Origin: Burkholderiales bacterium
GTDB taxonomy: Bacteria > Patescibacteriota > Minisyncoccia > Phycocordibacterales > UBA9973
Reading direction: 5' to 3'
Length of the DNA: 64,000 nt
NCBI GenBank assembly: GCA_023701005.1
Contig: JAMPXW010000001.1
Location: 207,843-271,842, forward strand
Part shown: in pieces, positions 8,895 through 18,639 of the stretch
Layout of the letters: every line of letters begins with the position of its first letter
How positions within the stretch are numbered: the first letter of the stretch is position 1
Notes under the pieces: model-generated
Databases searched by the model: none
What the model saw: only the letters and a program-made list of their open reading frames with translations
Told to the model about the DNA's origin: nothing
Position numbers and translations under genes: made by a program

Positions 8895-10206
8895 CTATAA
8901 AGTCAACTTAGCTTCGTTAAATAAGCTTTCTATGGTATCTTCATCTTCAGCTTCACCAAAAAGCCTTATAATAGGTTCAGTATTTGAAGGTCTTAGATGG
9001 ATCCATGAATTATTATCAAAATCAAGGCGCAGGCCATCTTGTTCATCTATTTTTGCAGTTGGAAATTTCGATTTTAATTTTATATATATGTCATTTAGAT
9101 TTGTGTCTTTTATAGACCATTTGTCTTTTTTTATAAAATATTTTGGCAATAGAGATATAGCTTCACTTATGGTTTGGTTTCTTTCAGCTAGAAGTTCTAA
9201 AACAAGAGAGAGACCTACAAAGCTATCACGAGCAGTATTTATAGTAGGGTAGATGACTCCACCATTACCTTCTCCTCCAATAATCGCATTGTTTTTTAAA
9301 ATTGCTTCTACGACGTAACCTTCTCCTACTTTAGAAAGAAAACATTTACTACTATATTTTTCTGCTATGTGTTTAGACATTTGAGAGGTTGAAAGATTCG
9401 TGACTATAGATTTTCCAGGATTTTTAGATAGAATATTTTCAACAGACAAAGCTAAAGAATATTCTTCTAAAATAACTTCTCCTTTTTCATTTACGATTAC
9501 CAATCTATCTGCGTCTGGGTCATGCACAAAACCCAAGTCAGCTTTTGAATCTTTTACTAAATTTGCAATATCTTGCAGATTTTCTTTTAATGGTTCTGGT
9601 TTATGAGAAAATTTTCCATTTGGGATATTATTTAGTGGAATTAATTCTACTCCAAGTTTCTCAAAGATGTATGGATACATTACACAAGCAGAAGCATTTA
9701 TCATATCTACTGCTATTTTAAATTTCTTAGCATTTATAGCTGTCACATTTATGTGTTCTAAAATTTTGTCTATATGTTCTTTTGGGAAATTAGGAATGGT
9801 CATAATATTTTTTTATTTTTTCTACTTCTTCTTTAATAGTAAAGAGAGCCTCTTTGTTTACAAATTTTAATCCATTGTATTCTATCGGATTATGTGAAGC
9901 TGTGATTATAATTCCTCCATCATAATTATTATTCCTAACGGAAAAGAGTACAGTCGGGGTAGGTAACACATCTCCATCTATCGCATTTATCCCAATATTT
10001 TGTAATTCTTCCAGTATTATTTTTTTTATTTCAGGGCCACTTTCTCTGCCATCTCTTCCTATTAGAATAGTGGGGGAATCTTTGCCAGATTCTTCTTTTG
10101 TAAAATATCCAAAAGCTCTGGCATATTTTGATACGATGTCTTTTGTTAAAGTTTCGCCCCAGATTCCTCTATATCCAGAGACATTTAATTCAGGTTTTAA
10201 TGGCAT
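8895..10206 (-). pseudogene. Phosphohexomutase (GlmM/ManB family) split into two overlapping frames. Domain I is 9790..10206 and domains II-IV are 8895..9803. The frame change lies within about 9793-9815, at or near an A7 run
   Basis: N-terminal ORF contains the active-site segment GIIITASHNP. C-terminal ORF continues with the sugar-binding and C-terminal domains. The two frames overlap by 14 nt. Confidence 0.55.
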
Positions 10207-10279
10207 CTTTCCATTTTAACATAAAAGAATTTGTATAAGAAAACTTTTTATCATCCATTTTAGATGCTAATATGTATTT

Positions 10280-10726
10280 ATGGCTAATTATGCAGAAAAC
10301 CGAAAAATATACTTTAATTACGAGATTATAGAGAAATACGAGGCAGGTATTGAACTTTTGGGTATTGAAGTAAAGTCTGTGAGGAAAGGTAGGATGTCTT
10401 TAGATGGGGCTTTTGTGATAATAAGAGGGGAAGAAGCATTTTTGATAAATGCCAATATTCCAGCTTATCAGCAAAATAATACTCCCAAAGATTATGATCC
10501 ACTTAGAAATAAGAAACTTTTACTCACTAAAAAAGAATTAAATATTTTGATAGGAAGTGAGAAAAACAAGAGTTTGACAATAGTTCCAATTTCAGTGTAT
10601 AATAAAAATAGAAAAATTAAAGTAGAAATTGCTTTAGTTAAAGGAAAGAAAAATTATGATAAACGTGAGTCTATCAAAAAACGTGAGACAGATCGCGAAG
10701 TGAGAAGAGAGTATAAAGGACGTTGA
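10280..10726 (+). CDS. smpB: SsrA-binding protein
   Basis: IEKYEAGIELLGIEVKSVRKGRMSLDGAFVIIRGEEAFLINANIPAYQQ is canonical SmpB. Confidence 0.9.
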   Translation: MANYAENRKIYFNYEIIEKYEAGIELLGIEVKSVRKGRMSLDGAFVIIRGEEAFLINANIPAYQQNNTPKDYDPLRNKKLLLTKKELNILIGSEKNKSLTIVPISVYNKNRKIKVEIALVKGKKNYDKRESIKKRETDREVRREYKGR

Positions 10727-10794
10727 TAATAAGAATAGCTGGTCCCGAAAAATGGCTTTGCCATTTCGGGACTCGCAAAAGAATGGGCTTGCCG

Positions 10795-10820
10795 CGAGAT
10801 GCGGTGGAGCCGCATTTTTC
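10795..10820 (+). terminator. Short terminator-like hairpin plus T-run after smpB, immediately 5' of the tmRNA
   Basis: atgcggtggagccgcat followed by ttttc. Confidence 0.35.
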
Positions 10821-10822
10821 GC

Positions 10823-11220
10823 GGGGATGTCAGGCATAGACGAAAGGCCTAATGTCTAAGATGCATGTCGAGTACGGACGTAATCTCGTAAAAATTCGTT
10901 CAAATGTTAATTGCAAAATTGACTTCTAAAGCTAAAGAATTAGCTTCTCCATACTTCGGTATGAAGGACTTTTCTTTCGCTCCAGCTTTCGCGTAAGCCA
11001 AGGTTGGTGTCTTACTTATAGACTTCCGATATATAAGATAAGGCATAATATTATCGGGATAGGGAAGAAGGAGCTTCGACTTTTTCTAGAAAAACAAAGA
11101 AGATCGATTAAGAATATTTCATTCGCTTAAGAATTTTTAATCTAAAACAAAAAGCGTTTTACACATGTAGACTTCTTTACAGAAACCTTTTGCACCGGGG
11201 TTCAATTCCCCGCATCTCCA
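10823..11220 (+). ncRNA. ssrA: tmRNA (SsrA), about 398 nt, directly downstream of smpB
   Basis: 5' GGGGATG pairs with 3' CATCTCC plus discriminator A. The 3' T-arm is CGGGGTTCAATTCCCCG. The tRNA-like 5' element TAGACGAAAGG is present. An internal tag frame beginning near 10931 encodes ...AKELASPYFGMKDFSFAPAFA and stops at TAA 10994-10996. Confidence 0.7.
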
Positions 11221-11320
11221 CAAAAATAAAAAATATAATGATTATATTTTTGTAGGACCCCGACGGAGGAGGGGTGTAAGAATTTTAATTTTTAGGTTTT
11301 TTGTGCTATGATACTGAATC

Positions 11321-13252
11321 ATGGATCTTAATTTTTTAAACCAAAAAGAACAAGGAAATAAGAAAAATAAAGGTAGAAAAGGCAAAGAAAATCCAAAATT
11401 TTCAGGTAGTGTTTTGGGCGCTATTTTGATTTTTATGACCATTACAGCTCTTTATCTAATGATAGCTGGTAATTCAAACAAAACCACAGAGATTTCAATT
11501 TCTGAATTAGCTAAAAATGTATCTTCTCTTGAAGTGAAAAATATTTTAGTTGAAGGAGAGAAGCTCACTGTCACATATAAAAATGATGATGTTAAGACTT
11601 CTAAAAAAGAAACAGAATCTTCTCTTACACAAACTTTATTTAATTACGGAGTAACAAAAGAAGCTTTAGCTTTAACAGACATCCAAGTAAAGAATGAAAG
11701 TGGTTTTTGGTATTGGATTCTTAATATAATGCCATTTCTTTTGCCGATAATTTTTATTGTTTTTTTCTTTTGGTATTTATCTAGACAAGTAAAAGGTTCA
11801 AGTATGCAAGCCTTTTCTTTTGGGCAATCAAAAGCACGTATCACTGATCCTAATGATAAAAATAATAAAGTGACCTTCAAAGATGTCGCAGGCTGTAAAG
11901 AAGCAAAAGAAGAATTGAAAGAAATTGTAGATTTCTTAAAGAACCCTAAAAAGTTTTTAGATATTGGTGCGAGAATACCGAAAGGAGTTATCTTAACAGG
12001 CGCACCAGGCACAGGAAAGACTTTGCTTGCGAGGGCTGTAGCTGGAGAAGCAGGCGTGCCATTTTTCCATTTATCTGGTTCAGAATTTGTTGAAATGTTT
12101 GTTGGTGTCGGAGCATCTCGTGTACGCGATTTATTTAAAATGGCTAAAAAAGCCGCACCTGCCATCATCTTTATGGATGAGATAGATGCTATCGGCCGTA
12201 CTCGTGGAGGTGGTTTTGGAGGTGGTAATGATGAAAGAGAACAGACATTAAACCAAATTCTTGTTGAGATGGATGGATTTGAACCGAATGAGAAAGTCAT
12301 CGTTATGGCTGCCACAAACAGACCAGATGTTTTAGATCCAGCTCTTATTCGTCCAGGTAGATTTGATAGAAAAGTTTTACTTGATCTCCCAGATCGTGTC
12401 GATCGAGAAGAAATATTAAATATACATGCTGTACAAAAACCATTGGCAGAGGATGTGAATTTGAAATTAATTGCAGAGAGAACTCCTGGATTTTCAGGTG
12501 CAGATTTATTTTCTCTAATGAATGAAGGTGCAATTTTAGCTGCTCGCGAAAATAGAAAAAAAGTTTTTCAATTTGACTTAATCCGTGCTATTGAGAAAGT
12601 AATGTTAGGCCCCGAAAGAAAGAGTCATTTGCTTTCTAAAAAAGAAAAAGAAATTACTGCTTATCATGAAGCGGGGCATGCATTGGTGGCTTCCGTGCTT
12701 CCATTTGCTGATCCTGTGCACAAAGTTTCTATTATAGCTCGTGGCAATGCAGGGGGGTATACTTTGAAATTACCATTAGAAGAGAGGAAGCTTCAATCAA
12801 AGAGAGAATTCATTGATGATATTGCCATGTCTTTGGGTGGATATGTAGCTGAGAAAATGATTTTTGGGGATATAACTACAGGGCCTTCGAGTGATTTACA
12901 AGTAGCGACAAATCTTGCTCGAGCTATGGTAACACGTTGGGGCATGTCTGATTTGATTGGCCCTGTAGCTTTGGGTGGAGATGGAGGAAAATTAAGTTGG
13001 GGCGAAAGCAGAGAAGATGGATATTCTGAAACAATCTCAACCAAGGTAGATTCTGAAGTTTCGAGGATTATAAATGATGGAATAAAATCAGCAGAGAAAG
13101 TTTTGAATGAACATAGAAAAGCATTAGATGCTATTGCATTTAAACTTATTGAAGTTGAAACCCTAGAACAGGATGAATACAATAAGATAATCATTGCAAA
13201 TGGTATAATGCCAAAAACAAATGAAGAGGCAAAACTAGAGATAAAAAGTTAA
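11321..13252 (+). CDS. ftsH: ATP-dependent zinc metalloprotease FtsH
   Basis: N-terminal transmembrane segments, AAA Walker A motif [23 protein letters not shown], second region of homology, and the HEAGHAL zinc motif. Confidence 0.95.
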   Translation: MDLNFLNQKEQGNKKNKGRKGKENPKFSGSVLGAILIFMTITALYLMIAGNSNKTTEISISELAKNVSSLEVKNILVEGEKLTVTYKNDDVKTSKKETESSLTQTLFNYGVTKEALALTDIQVKNESGFWYWILNIMPFLLPIIFIVFFFWYLSRQVKGSSMQAFSFGQSKARITDPNDKNNKVTFKDVAGCKEAKEELKEIVDFLKNPKKFLDIGARIPKGVILTGAPGTGKTLLARAVAGEAGVPFFHLSGSEFVEMFVGVGASRVRDLFKMAKKAAPAIIFMDEIDAIGRTRGGGFGGGNDEREQTLNQILVEMDGFEPNEKVIVMAATNRPDVLDPALIRPGRFDRKVLLDLPDRVDREEILNIHAVQKPLAEDVNLKLIAERTPGFSGADLFSLMNEGAILAARENRKKVFQFDLIRAIEKVMLGPERKSHLLSKKEKEITAYHEAGHALVASVLPFADPVHKVSIIARGNAGGYTLKLPLEERKLQSKREFIDDIAMSLGGYVAEKMIFGDITTGPSSDLQVATNLARAMVTRWGMSDLIGPVALGGDGGKLSWGESREDGYSETISTKVDSEVSRIINDGIKSAEKVLNEHRKALDAIAFKLIEVETLEQDEYNKIIIANGIMPKTNEEAKLEIKS

Positions 13253-13263
13253 AAGCTTGTATA

Positions 13264-13323
13264 AAAATACGAACCAGTATATACTTAACTAGTAATTACT
13301 AATCAATGGTTCGTATTTTTTTA
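13264..13323 (+). terminator. Structured hairpin (stem atacgaacca/tggttcgtat, loop carrying two small palindromes) followed by a T7 run, after ftsH
   Basis: Read directly from sequence. The long loop makes this a non-canonical terminator. Confidence 0.4.
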
Positions 13324-13979
13324 TGGCAAGAAAAAAAGATAAACAAAAAGCTATAGTTATGCGTCAGAAAGGAATGAGTTATAGTCAAATTGAAGAGAAA
13401 ATTAAAGTAAGTAAAAGTACTCTAAGTGAGTGGCTTCGCGATATGCCATTATCAGAAAAAAGAATCAGAGAACTACGTGCTGATAGTCCTATTCGTATTG
13501 AAAGGTATAGAAATACAATGAAAGCAAAAAAAGATACTCGGTTAGAAGAGGTTTATAAAAAAGTATCTAAAGATATAAATAAACTTTCAAAAAGGGATTT
13601 ATTTTTAGCAGGATTGTTTTTATATTGGGGAGAAGGTACAAAAGCACAAAATTCTTTAGTTGCAATTACAAATACTAATCCCGCTATGGTTAAGTTTTTC
13701 ATAAAGTGGTTAGAATTGTTTGGGATAAGAAGTAAAGATTTAAAAGTTAAAATACATTTATATTCTGATATGGATACGAAGGCAGGTCTTGATTTTTGGT
13801 CAAAAGAGCTTAAAATACCCTTAAGTCAGTTTTATAAGCCATATATTAAAAAAACTAATTTAAAATCTATAACATATAAAAATGGCTTTGGAAAAGGGAC
13901 TTGTAGTGTTATATTAGGAAGTAGGGATTTATGGGAATATATAATGATGGCGTTAAGGTATATTTCAAAAATTAGTTAA
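13323..13979 (+). CDS. HTH-domain protein of unknown function, with a possible LAGLIDADG-like motif (LFLAGLFLYWGEG); located immediately 5' of a tRNA gene
   Basis: N-terminal resolvase-like HTH (GMSYSQIEEKIKVSKSTLSEWL). The central motif is followed by a beta-strand-like pattern. No confident family assignment. Confidence 0.35.
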   Translation: MARKKDKQKAIVMRQKGMSYSQIEEKIKVSKSTLSEWLRDMPLSEKRIRELRADSPIRIERYRNTMKAKKDTRLEEVYKKVSKDINKLSKRDLFLAGLFLYWGEGTKAQNSLVAITNTNPAMVKFFIKWLELFGIRSKDLKVKIHLYSDMDTKAGLDFWSKELKIPLSQFYKPYIKKTNLKSITYKNGFGKGTCSVILGSRDLWEYIMMALRYISKIS

Positions 13980-13988
13980 TAAAGATAT

Positions 13989-14061
13989 CCGCACTTAGCT
14001 CAGTTGGTAGAGCAATCCGCTTATACCGGATCGGTCCTTGGTTCGAGTCCAAGAGTGCGGA
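13989..14061 (+). tRNA. tRNA-Ile with anticodon UAU (reads AUA), 73 nt, no encoded CCA
   Basis: Acceptor CCGCACT/AGTGCGG, U8, D-stem GCTC/GAGC, anticodon stem ATCCG/CGGAT with loop CTTATAC, T-arm CTTGG-TTCGAGT-CCAAG. Confidence 0.6.
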
Positions 14062-14107
14062 CAATAAATAAAAAGAAGAAAGAGTCACATGGTGCTATAC
14101 TTACTCA

Positions 14108-15481
14108 ATGACTCAAGAAGAAGCACTCACAATAATGAAAACTGGTGCGAATGTTTTTTTGACTGGCGAACCTGGAGCAGGAAAAACTTACACTATAAAT
14201 AAATATGTTGATTATTTACGTCTACATGAAATAAATCATGCTATTACTGCTAGCACGGGAATAGCTGCTACGCATATCGGTGGTATGACGATACATTCGT
14301 GGAGTGGTATTGGTATTAAAGAAAATTTGGATAAATATGATTTAGACAAAATAGCGACTAGTGAATATATATGTCGTCGAGTACGTAAAACCAAAGTTTT
14401 GATAATTGATGAAATCTCTATGCTTCGAGCAGAGACGCTTTCAATGGTAGATCTCGTGTGCCGAGAAATAAAACAGAATAGTGAACCGTTTGGGGGTATT
14501 CAAGTTGTCTTGGTTGGAGATTTTTTTCAACTTCCACCAATTGAAAAAAGGAACGTAGAAGAGCAAAAACAAAATAGTTTATTAGAAGAAAAACGAGAAC
14601 GTTTTGCTTATGAGTCTGATGCCTGGAAACGTTTATCTCCAGTAGTGTGTTATATCAGCGAACAGCATCGTCAGAATGACATAGACTTTTTGGAACTTCT
14701 GTTGGCTATCCGTCATGACGCAGTATTAGATAAACATCGAGGTAAAATTAAATCACGTCACGTTTTAGATAATAAATTTCCAGATAATATCACAAAACTT
14801 TTTTCACATAATTTAAATGTTGACAGAGTAAACGATGAGATGCTTTTGAAAATAGAGGGAGAAAATTTTAAATTTAACATGGACGAAGATGGTTCCTCTC
14901 ATCTTGTAGCTACTCTCAAAAAAGGATGTTTATCTCCGGAAATATTAATTTTGAAAAAGGGTGCAGTTGTGATGTGTACTAAAAATAATCAAAAAGAACA
15001 TTTTGTAAATGGTACCCTTGGTACGGTAGTAGATTTTGATTCTTTCTCAAAACATCCGATCATCAGAACAAAAAATGGTAGAAATATAACAATTTCACCA
15101 ATGGATTGGACGATTGAAGAAAATAATAAAATAAAAGCGAAGATTACTCAAATTCCACTTCGTCTGGCCTGGGCGATGACTGTCCACAAAAGCCAAGGGA
15201 TGAGCATGGATGCTGCTGTGATGGATTTGTCATCTGTTTTTGAATATGGACAAGGTTATGTTGCGCTTTCTCGTGTAAGAAGTCTTGATGGATTGTACCT
15301 TTTAGGATACAATGAACATTCTTTGAAAGTACATCCACAAATATTAAAGCAAGACAGTGTCTTTAAAAAAGAATCAGAAAATGCACAACAGACTTTTTTT
15401 ACTCTCAGTAAAGAAGAAATAAAAAAGATGCATAAAAATTTTGTGCTTGCTCTAGATGGTAAGTGGAAAGAGAGTAAGTAA
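14108..15481 (+). CDS. PIF1/RecD-family (AAA_30) 5'-3' DNA helicase
   Basis: Walker A GEPGAGKT, Walker B LIIDEISM, and the helicase C-terminal region with VHKSQG (motif V-like) and GYVALSRVRS. Confidence 0.7.
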   Translation: MTQEEALTIMKTGANVFLTGEPGAGKTYTINKYVDYLRLHEINHAITASTGIAATHIGGMTIHSWSGIGIKENLDKYDLDKIATSEYICRRVRKTKVLIIDEISMLRAETLSMVDLVCREIKQNSEPFGGIQVVLVGDFFQLPPIEKRNVEEQKQNSLLEEKRERFAYESDAWKRLSPVVCYISEQHRQNDIDFLELLLAIRHDAVLDKHRGKIKSRHVLDNKFPDNITKLFSHNLNVDRVNDEMLLKIEGENFKFNMDEDGSSHLVATLKKGCLSPEILILKKGAVVMCTKNNQKEHFVNGTLGTVVDFDSFSKHPIIRTKNGRNITISPMDWTIEENNKIKAKITQIPLRLAWAMTVHKSQGMSMDAAVMDLSSVFEYGQGYVALSRVRSLDGLYLLGYNEHSLKVHPQILKQDSVFKKESENAQQTFFTLSKEEIKKMHKNFVLALDGKWKESK

Positions 15482-15485
15482 TTTT

Positions 15486-17651
15486 TTACTCAAAATGAAA
15501 TTCTTGAGTTTTTTCTTTTACTTTAGATTTGAGTAGAGGGTATTTGGAAAGTTCTGAATCTTCTTCTATTAAGCGTATGGCTTCAGAGCGAGCAGCTTCT
15601 ACCATTTTTATATTTTTAATAGCTTCCATCCCTAGATCAGAAATACCCCATTGTTTTGTACCACCCAATTCTCCAGCTCCACGTAGAGTCAAATCTAATT
15701 CTGCTAATTCAAAACCATTTTTGGCAGTTTTTAATGCTTTTAATCTTTGAATTGTTTTGTCACTTTTGGCATCCGCAAATACATAACAATAAGCTTGATA
15801 ATTACTTCTGATGACTCTTCCACGCAGTTGATGAAGTTGAGCTAAACCAAATCTTTCTGCTCCCTCTATTATTATCATTGTTGCATTTGGCACATTTACT
15901 CCGACCTCTATAACAGATGTTGCACATAATATATTTATTTTACCTTCTGTAAAATTTTGCATTTCTTTTTCTTTTTTTTCTTTACTCATCTTGCTATGCA
16001 ACACACCTATTTCATATTCCTGAAAGACATCTTTTTTTAAACGTTTAGCTTCAGCTATGGCTGATTTGGCTTGAACAGCCATTTCTTTATTTGGATCTGG
16101 TTCGTCTATTCTTGGACAAATCACATATAATTGTCTACCATTTTTTAATTCCTTTCTTATTTCTTCATAAGTTTCTTCGCGTTTGTCAGGGGTTATTATT
16201 TCTGTGATTATTTGTTTTCTTCCTTTAGGCATTTCTGAGAGCAAAGAGAGATCGAGATCTCCATATATTGTAAGTGCAAGTGTGCGGGGAATAGGAGTAG
16301 CTGTCATCGAAAGTAAATGTGGGGCAATGTTGTCTTTACGAACCAATTTTCGTCTTTGGGCTGTTCCGAATCTATGTTGTTCATCTATCACGACTAGTGC
16401 TAGGTTTTTGAATTTAACAGTTTTTTGTATGAGAGCATGCGTGCCTATTAAAATCGGAATTATGCCTTCAGCGGTCCATTTTAGAAGTTGTGTACGAGAA
16501 ATATCTGTCCATCCTGATGGATTTACTTTAGAAGGGAATTTGCGACAGCCGCTACCTGTGATGAGCCCTATGTTTATTGGTAAATGTTTGAAATATTTTA
16601 TAAAAGATTCGAAATGTTGAGTTGCCAATATTTCTGTTGGAGCCATGTATGCAACTTGTAAATTTCCGAAACCTTTTCCTTGGGGAGTCTGTACCACAGT
16701 GGTGTATGCAGCTGTGGCTGCTACAGCTGTTTTTCCACTACCGACATCACCTTCTAGGAGTCTAGACATTGGAAAGTTCTTACCCATATCATCTAAAATA
16801 GTTTGGATGGATTTCTTTTGAGAATCTGTAGGTTCAAAAGGGAAGCGTTTTACGAATTCATCTTTTTCTTTTATGTTTGTTTTTATTTGAAAAGATTTGT
16901 TTTTTCTATATTCTATTTTGTCGTGTTGGCGTTCTAATTGGATACAAAATACTTCTTCGAAAGCGAATCTTTTTCTTGCAGATTCAGCATCTTTTTTGTT
17001 TTTTGGTGAATGTATCCAAAATAATGCTGATTTAATAGAAGGTAAATGATATTTCTCAAGTATTTCTTTTGGTATATAGTCTTTTATATTATCTAATGTT
17101 TTATCTTTTATGATTTCTAAAATTTTATGATAAAACCACTTAGAAGTTATACCACGAGTTTCAACATAAACAGGAAAACCAAAGACCTCACTTTCTTTTT
17201 TCTTTTCGAAATTAAATAAATTATCATGTATATCAATCGGCATTGAATTTACTTTCTTAAATTCAGGATTAGCTAAATATTTACCTCTTTTGTTTTCCAT
17301 TACTTTTCCTGTGAGTTCTACGAATTGTCCTGAGCGAATCATTTTAGCAATGTATGCTTGATTAAACCAGACAACTTTTATTTTTCCAGTTTCATCTATT
17401 ATTTCTCCTTGTGCTCTTAATATTTTGCTTTTATATCCTCGTTTAATATCAGGACTCCAAAATTTTCCATAGACTGTTGCAAATTCTCCAGCTACTAACT
17501 GGCTAATAGGTTTTATCTCACTAATATGAGAATACCGAACAGGAAAATGAAAAAGTAGATCAGCAACAGAAAAAAGTTTTAACTTATTTAAAGCTTTTTT
17601 CTGATTTATATCTAGACGAAATATATTTTCTAATCTGTCAGATAATTTCAT
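15486..17651 (-). CDS. recG: ATP-dependent DNA helicase RecG
   Basis: N-terminal wedge domain, DVGSGKT Walker A, DEQHRFG DEAH-box motif, and the TRG motif region; 721 aa. Confidence 0.9.
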   Translation of the reverse strand: MKLSDRLENIFRLDINQKKALNKLKLFSVADLLFHFPVRYSHISEIKPISQLVAGEFATVYGKFWSPDIKRGYKSKILRAQGEIIDETGKIKVVWFNQAYIAKMIRSGQFVELTGKVMENKRGKYLANPEFKKVNSMPIDIHDNLFNFEKKKESEVFGFPVYVETRGITSKWFYHKILEIIKDKTLDNIKDYIPKEILEKYHLPSIKSALFWIHSPKNKKDAESARKRFAFEEVFCIQLERQHDKIEYRKNKSFQIKTNIKEKDEFVKRFPFEPTDSQKKSIQTILDDMGKNFPMSRLLEGDVGSGKTAVAATAAYTTVVQTPQGKGFGNLQVAYMAPTEILATQHFESFIKYFKHLPINIGLITGSGCRKFPSKVNPSGWTDISRTQLLKWTAEGIIPILIGTHALIQKTVKFKNLALVVIDEQHRFGTAQRRKLVRKDNIAPHLLSMTATPIPRTLALTIYGDLDLSLLSEMPKGRKQIITEIITPDKREETYEEIRKELKNGRQLYVICPRIDEPDPNKEMAVQAKSAIAEAKRLKKDVFQEYEIGVLHSKMSKEKKEKEMQNFTEGKINILCATSVIEVGVNVPNATMIIIEGAERFGLAQLHQLRGRVIRSNYQAYCYVFADAKSDKTIQRLKALKTAKNGFELAELDLTLRGAGELGGTKQWGISDLGMEAIKNIKMVEAARSEAIRLIEEDSELSKYPLLKSKVKEKTQEFHFE

Positions 17652-17654
17652 GTG

Positions 17655-17741
17655 CGGAGGTGGTGAGATTCGAACTCACGGTTCCGATTAGGGAACGGCG
17701 GTTTAGTAAACCGCTACCTTAAGCCACTCGGTCACACCTCC
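17655..17741 (-). tRNA. Type-II (long variable arm) tRNA with discriminator G73, Ser-like, but the anticodon loop TTACTAA gives an apparent anticodon ACU
   Basis: Minus-strand sequence GGAGGTG-TG-ACC...GGT-A-GCGGT-TTACTAA-ACCGC-(18-nt variable arm)-GTGAG-TTCGAAT-CTCAC-CACCTCC-G. It abuts the recG start codon. Confidence 0.55.
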
Positions 17742-17810
17742 TTTCACAAAAAGAGTATATCAGAAAAATGGAAAAAAGATAAGAATATGCTAAAGTAAAT
17801 AAGTAAAAAA

Positions 17811-17902
17811 GGAGCTGTGTCGGAGCGGTCTAACGTACGACTTTGCTAAAGTCGCAGAGGCTTTAAAACCTCTCGGGAGTTCGAATCTCCCCAGCTCCGC
17901 CA
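17811..17902 (+). tRNA. tRNA-Ser (GCU), type II, CCA encoded
   Basis: Acceptor GGAGCTG/CAGCTCC, anticodon stem CGACT/AGTCG with loop TTGCTAA, long variable arm, T-arm GGGAG-TTCGAAT-CTCCC, discriminator G, then CCA. Confidence 0.75.
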
Positions 17903-17998
17903 GAAAATTCGAAAAGTAGTGACAAAACCCTTTAATTTGTGCTACATTTTCAAACTGAAAATTGTTAGAATGTAATAACCCTAAAGGGATTCAAACTT

Positions 17999-18571
17999 AT
18001 GGATTCAGACATTAAAAATCAGATCTTAAAACTTGTCGAAGAAATTACTCCAACTGATGATTTTGAGCGTGAACAAATCGATGATACGATCCTGTGGATT
18101 AAAAGCGGAGCAAAATTGTTTCGTATCCAAAAGCCAGACATTCCTCCAAAACATCTGGTTTCATATTTCATTATCTTTGATCCGAAGATAAACAAAATAC
18201 TTCTCATTGACCACATAAAGGCACAGCTATGGCTTCCGGCCGGTGGACATGTAGAGCCGAACGAACATCCAAAAACAACGGCTGAAAGAGAAGTTGTTGA
18301 GGAGTTAAATACTCAAGCCGAGTTCCTATATGACGGAATATTTTTCCTTACGCAAGCTGTTACCGTAGGTTTGACGGCAGGACATACGGATGTAAGTCTG
18401 TGGTATGTACTTAAAGGTGATTCAAAAATTACTCTCCAATATGATCCTGGAGAATTTAACGGCTACAAATGGTTTAGTCCCGAGGAAATCCTAGATACAC
18501 CGATTGAAAAACTCGATCCACATCTTCATCGGTTTGTGAAAAAATGGATTAAGTATTCCGACACCTCGTAA
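17999..18571 (+). CDS. NUDIX hydrolase
   Basis: Nudix box GGHVEPNEHPKTTAEREVVEELN. Confidence 0.75.
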   Translation: MDSDIKNQILKLVEEITPTDDFEREQIDDTILWIKSGAKLFRIQKPDIPPKHLVSYFIIFDPKINKILLIDHIKAQLWLPAGGHVEPNEHPKTTAEREVVEELNTQAEFLYDGIFFLTQAVTVGLTAGHTDVSLWYVLKGDSKITLQYDPGEFNGYKWFSPEEILDTPIEKLDPHLHRFVKKWIKYSDTS

Positions 18572-18639
18572 ATCGCTTAGAGAAACTTCGCCGAGACAAT
18601 CTTGGGGATAAGCTACGTTTTGGCTGGAGAGATTTATAA

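Noticed and set aside
10741-10775. Hairpin ggtcccgaaaaatggctttgccatttcgggact after smpB as an independent regulatory RNA
   Set aside because: It lacks a T-run and lies in the likely tmRNA precursor leader. It is more parsimoniously part of pre-tmRNA processing or smpB termination, and there is no evidence for a separate function.
11290-11320. TGcTATGATACT extended -10 element directly abutting the ftsH ATG (and similar TATAAT elements 8-9 nt before the starts at 1545 and 44854)
   Set aside because: These could indicate leaderless transcripts, but hexamer matches in AT-rich DNA are frequent by chance. Not reported as features without transcript-start data.
11644-12315. 223-aa minus-strand ORF inside ftsH
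   Set aside because: Antisense to the FtsH AAA domain; Pro/Ser-rich spurious frame.
16183-16620. 145-aa plus-strand ORF inside recG
   Set aside because: Antisense to the RecG helicase core.
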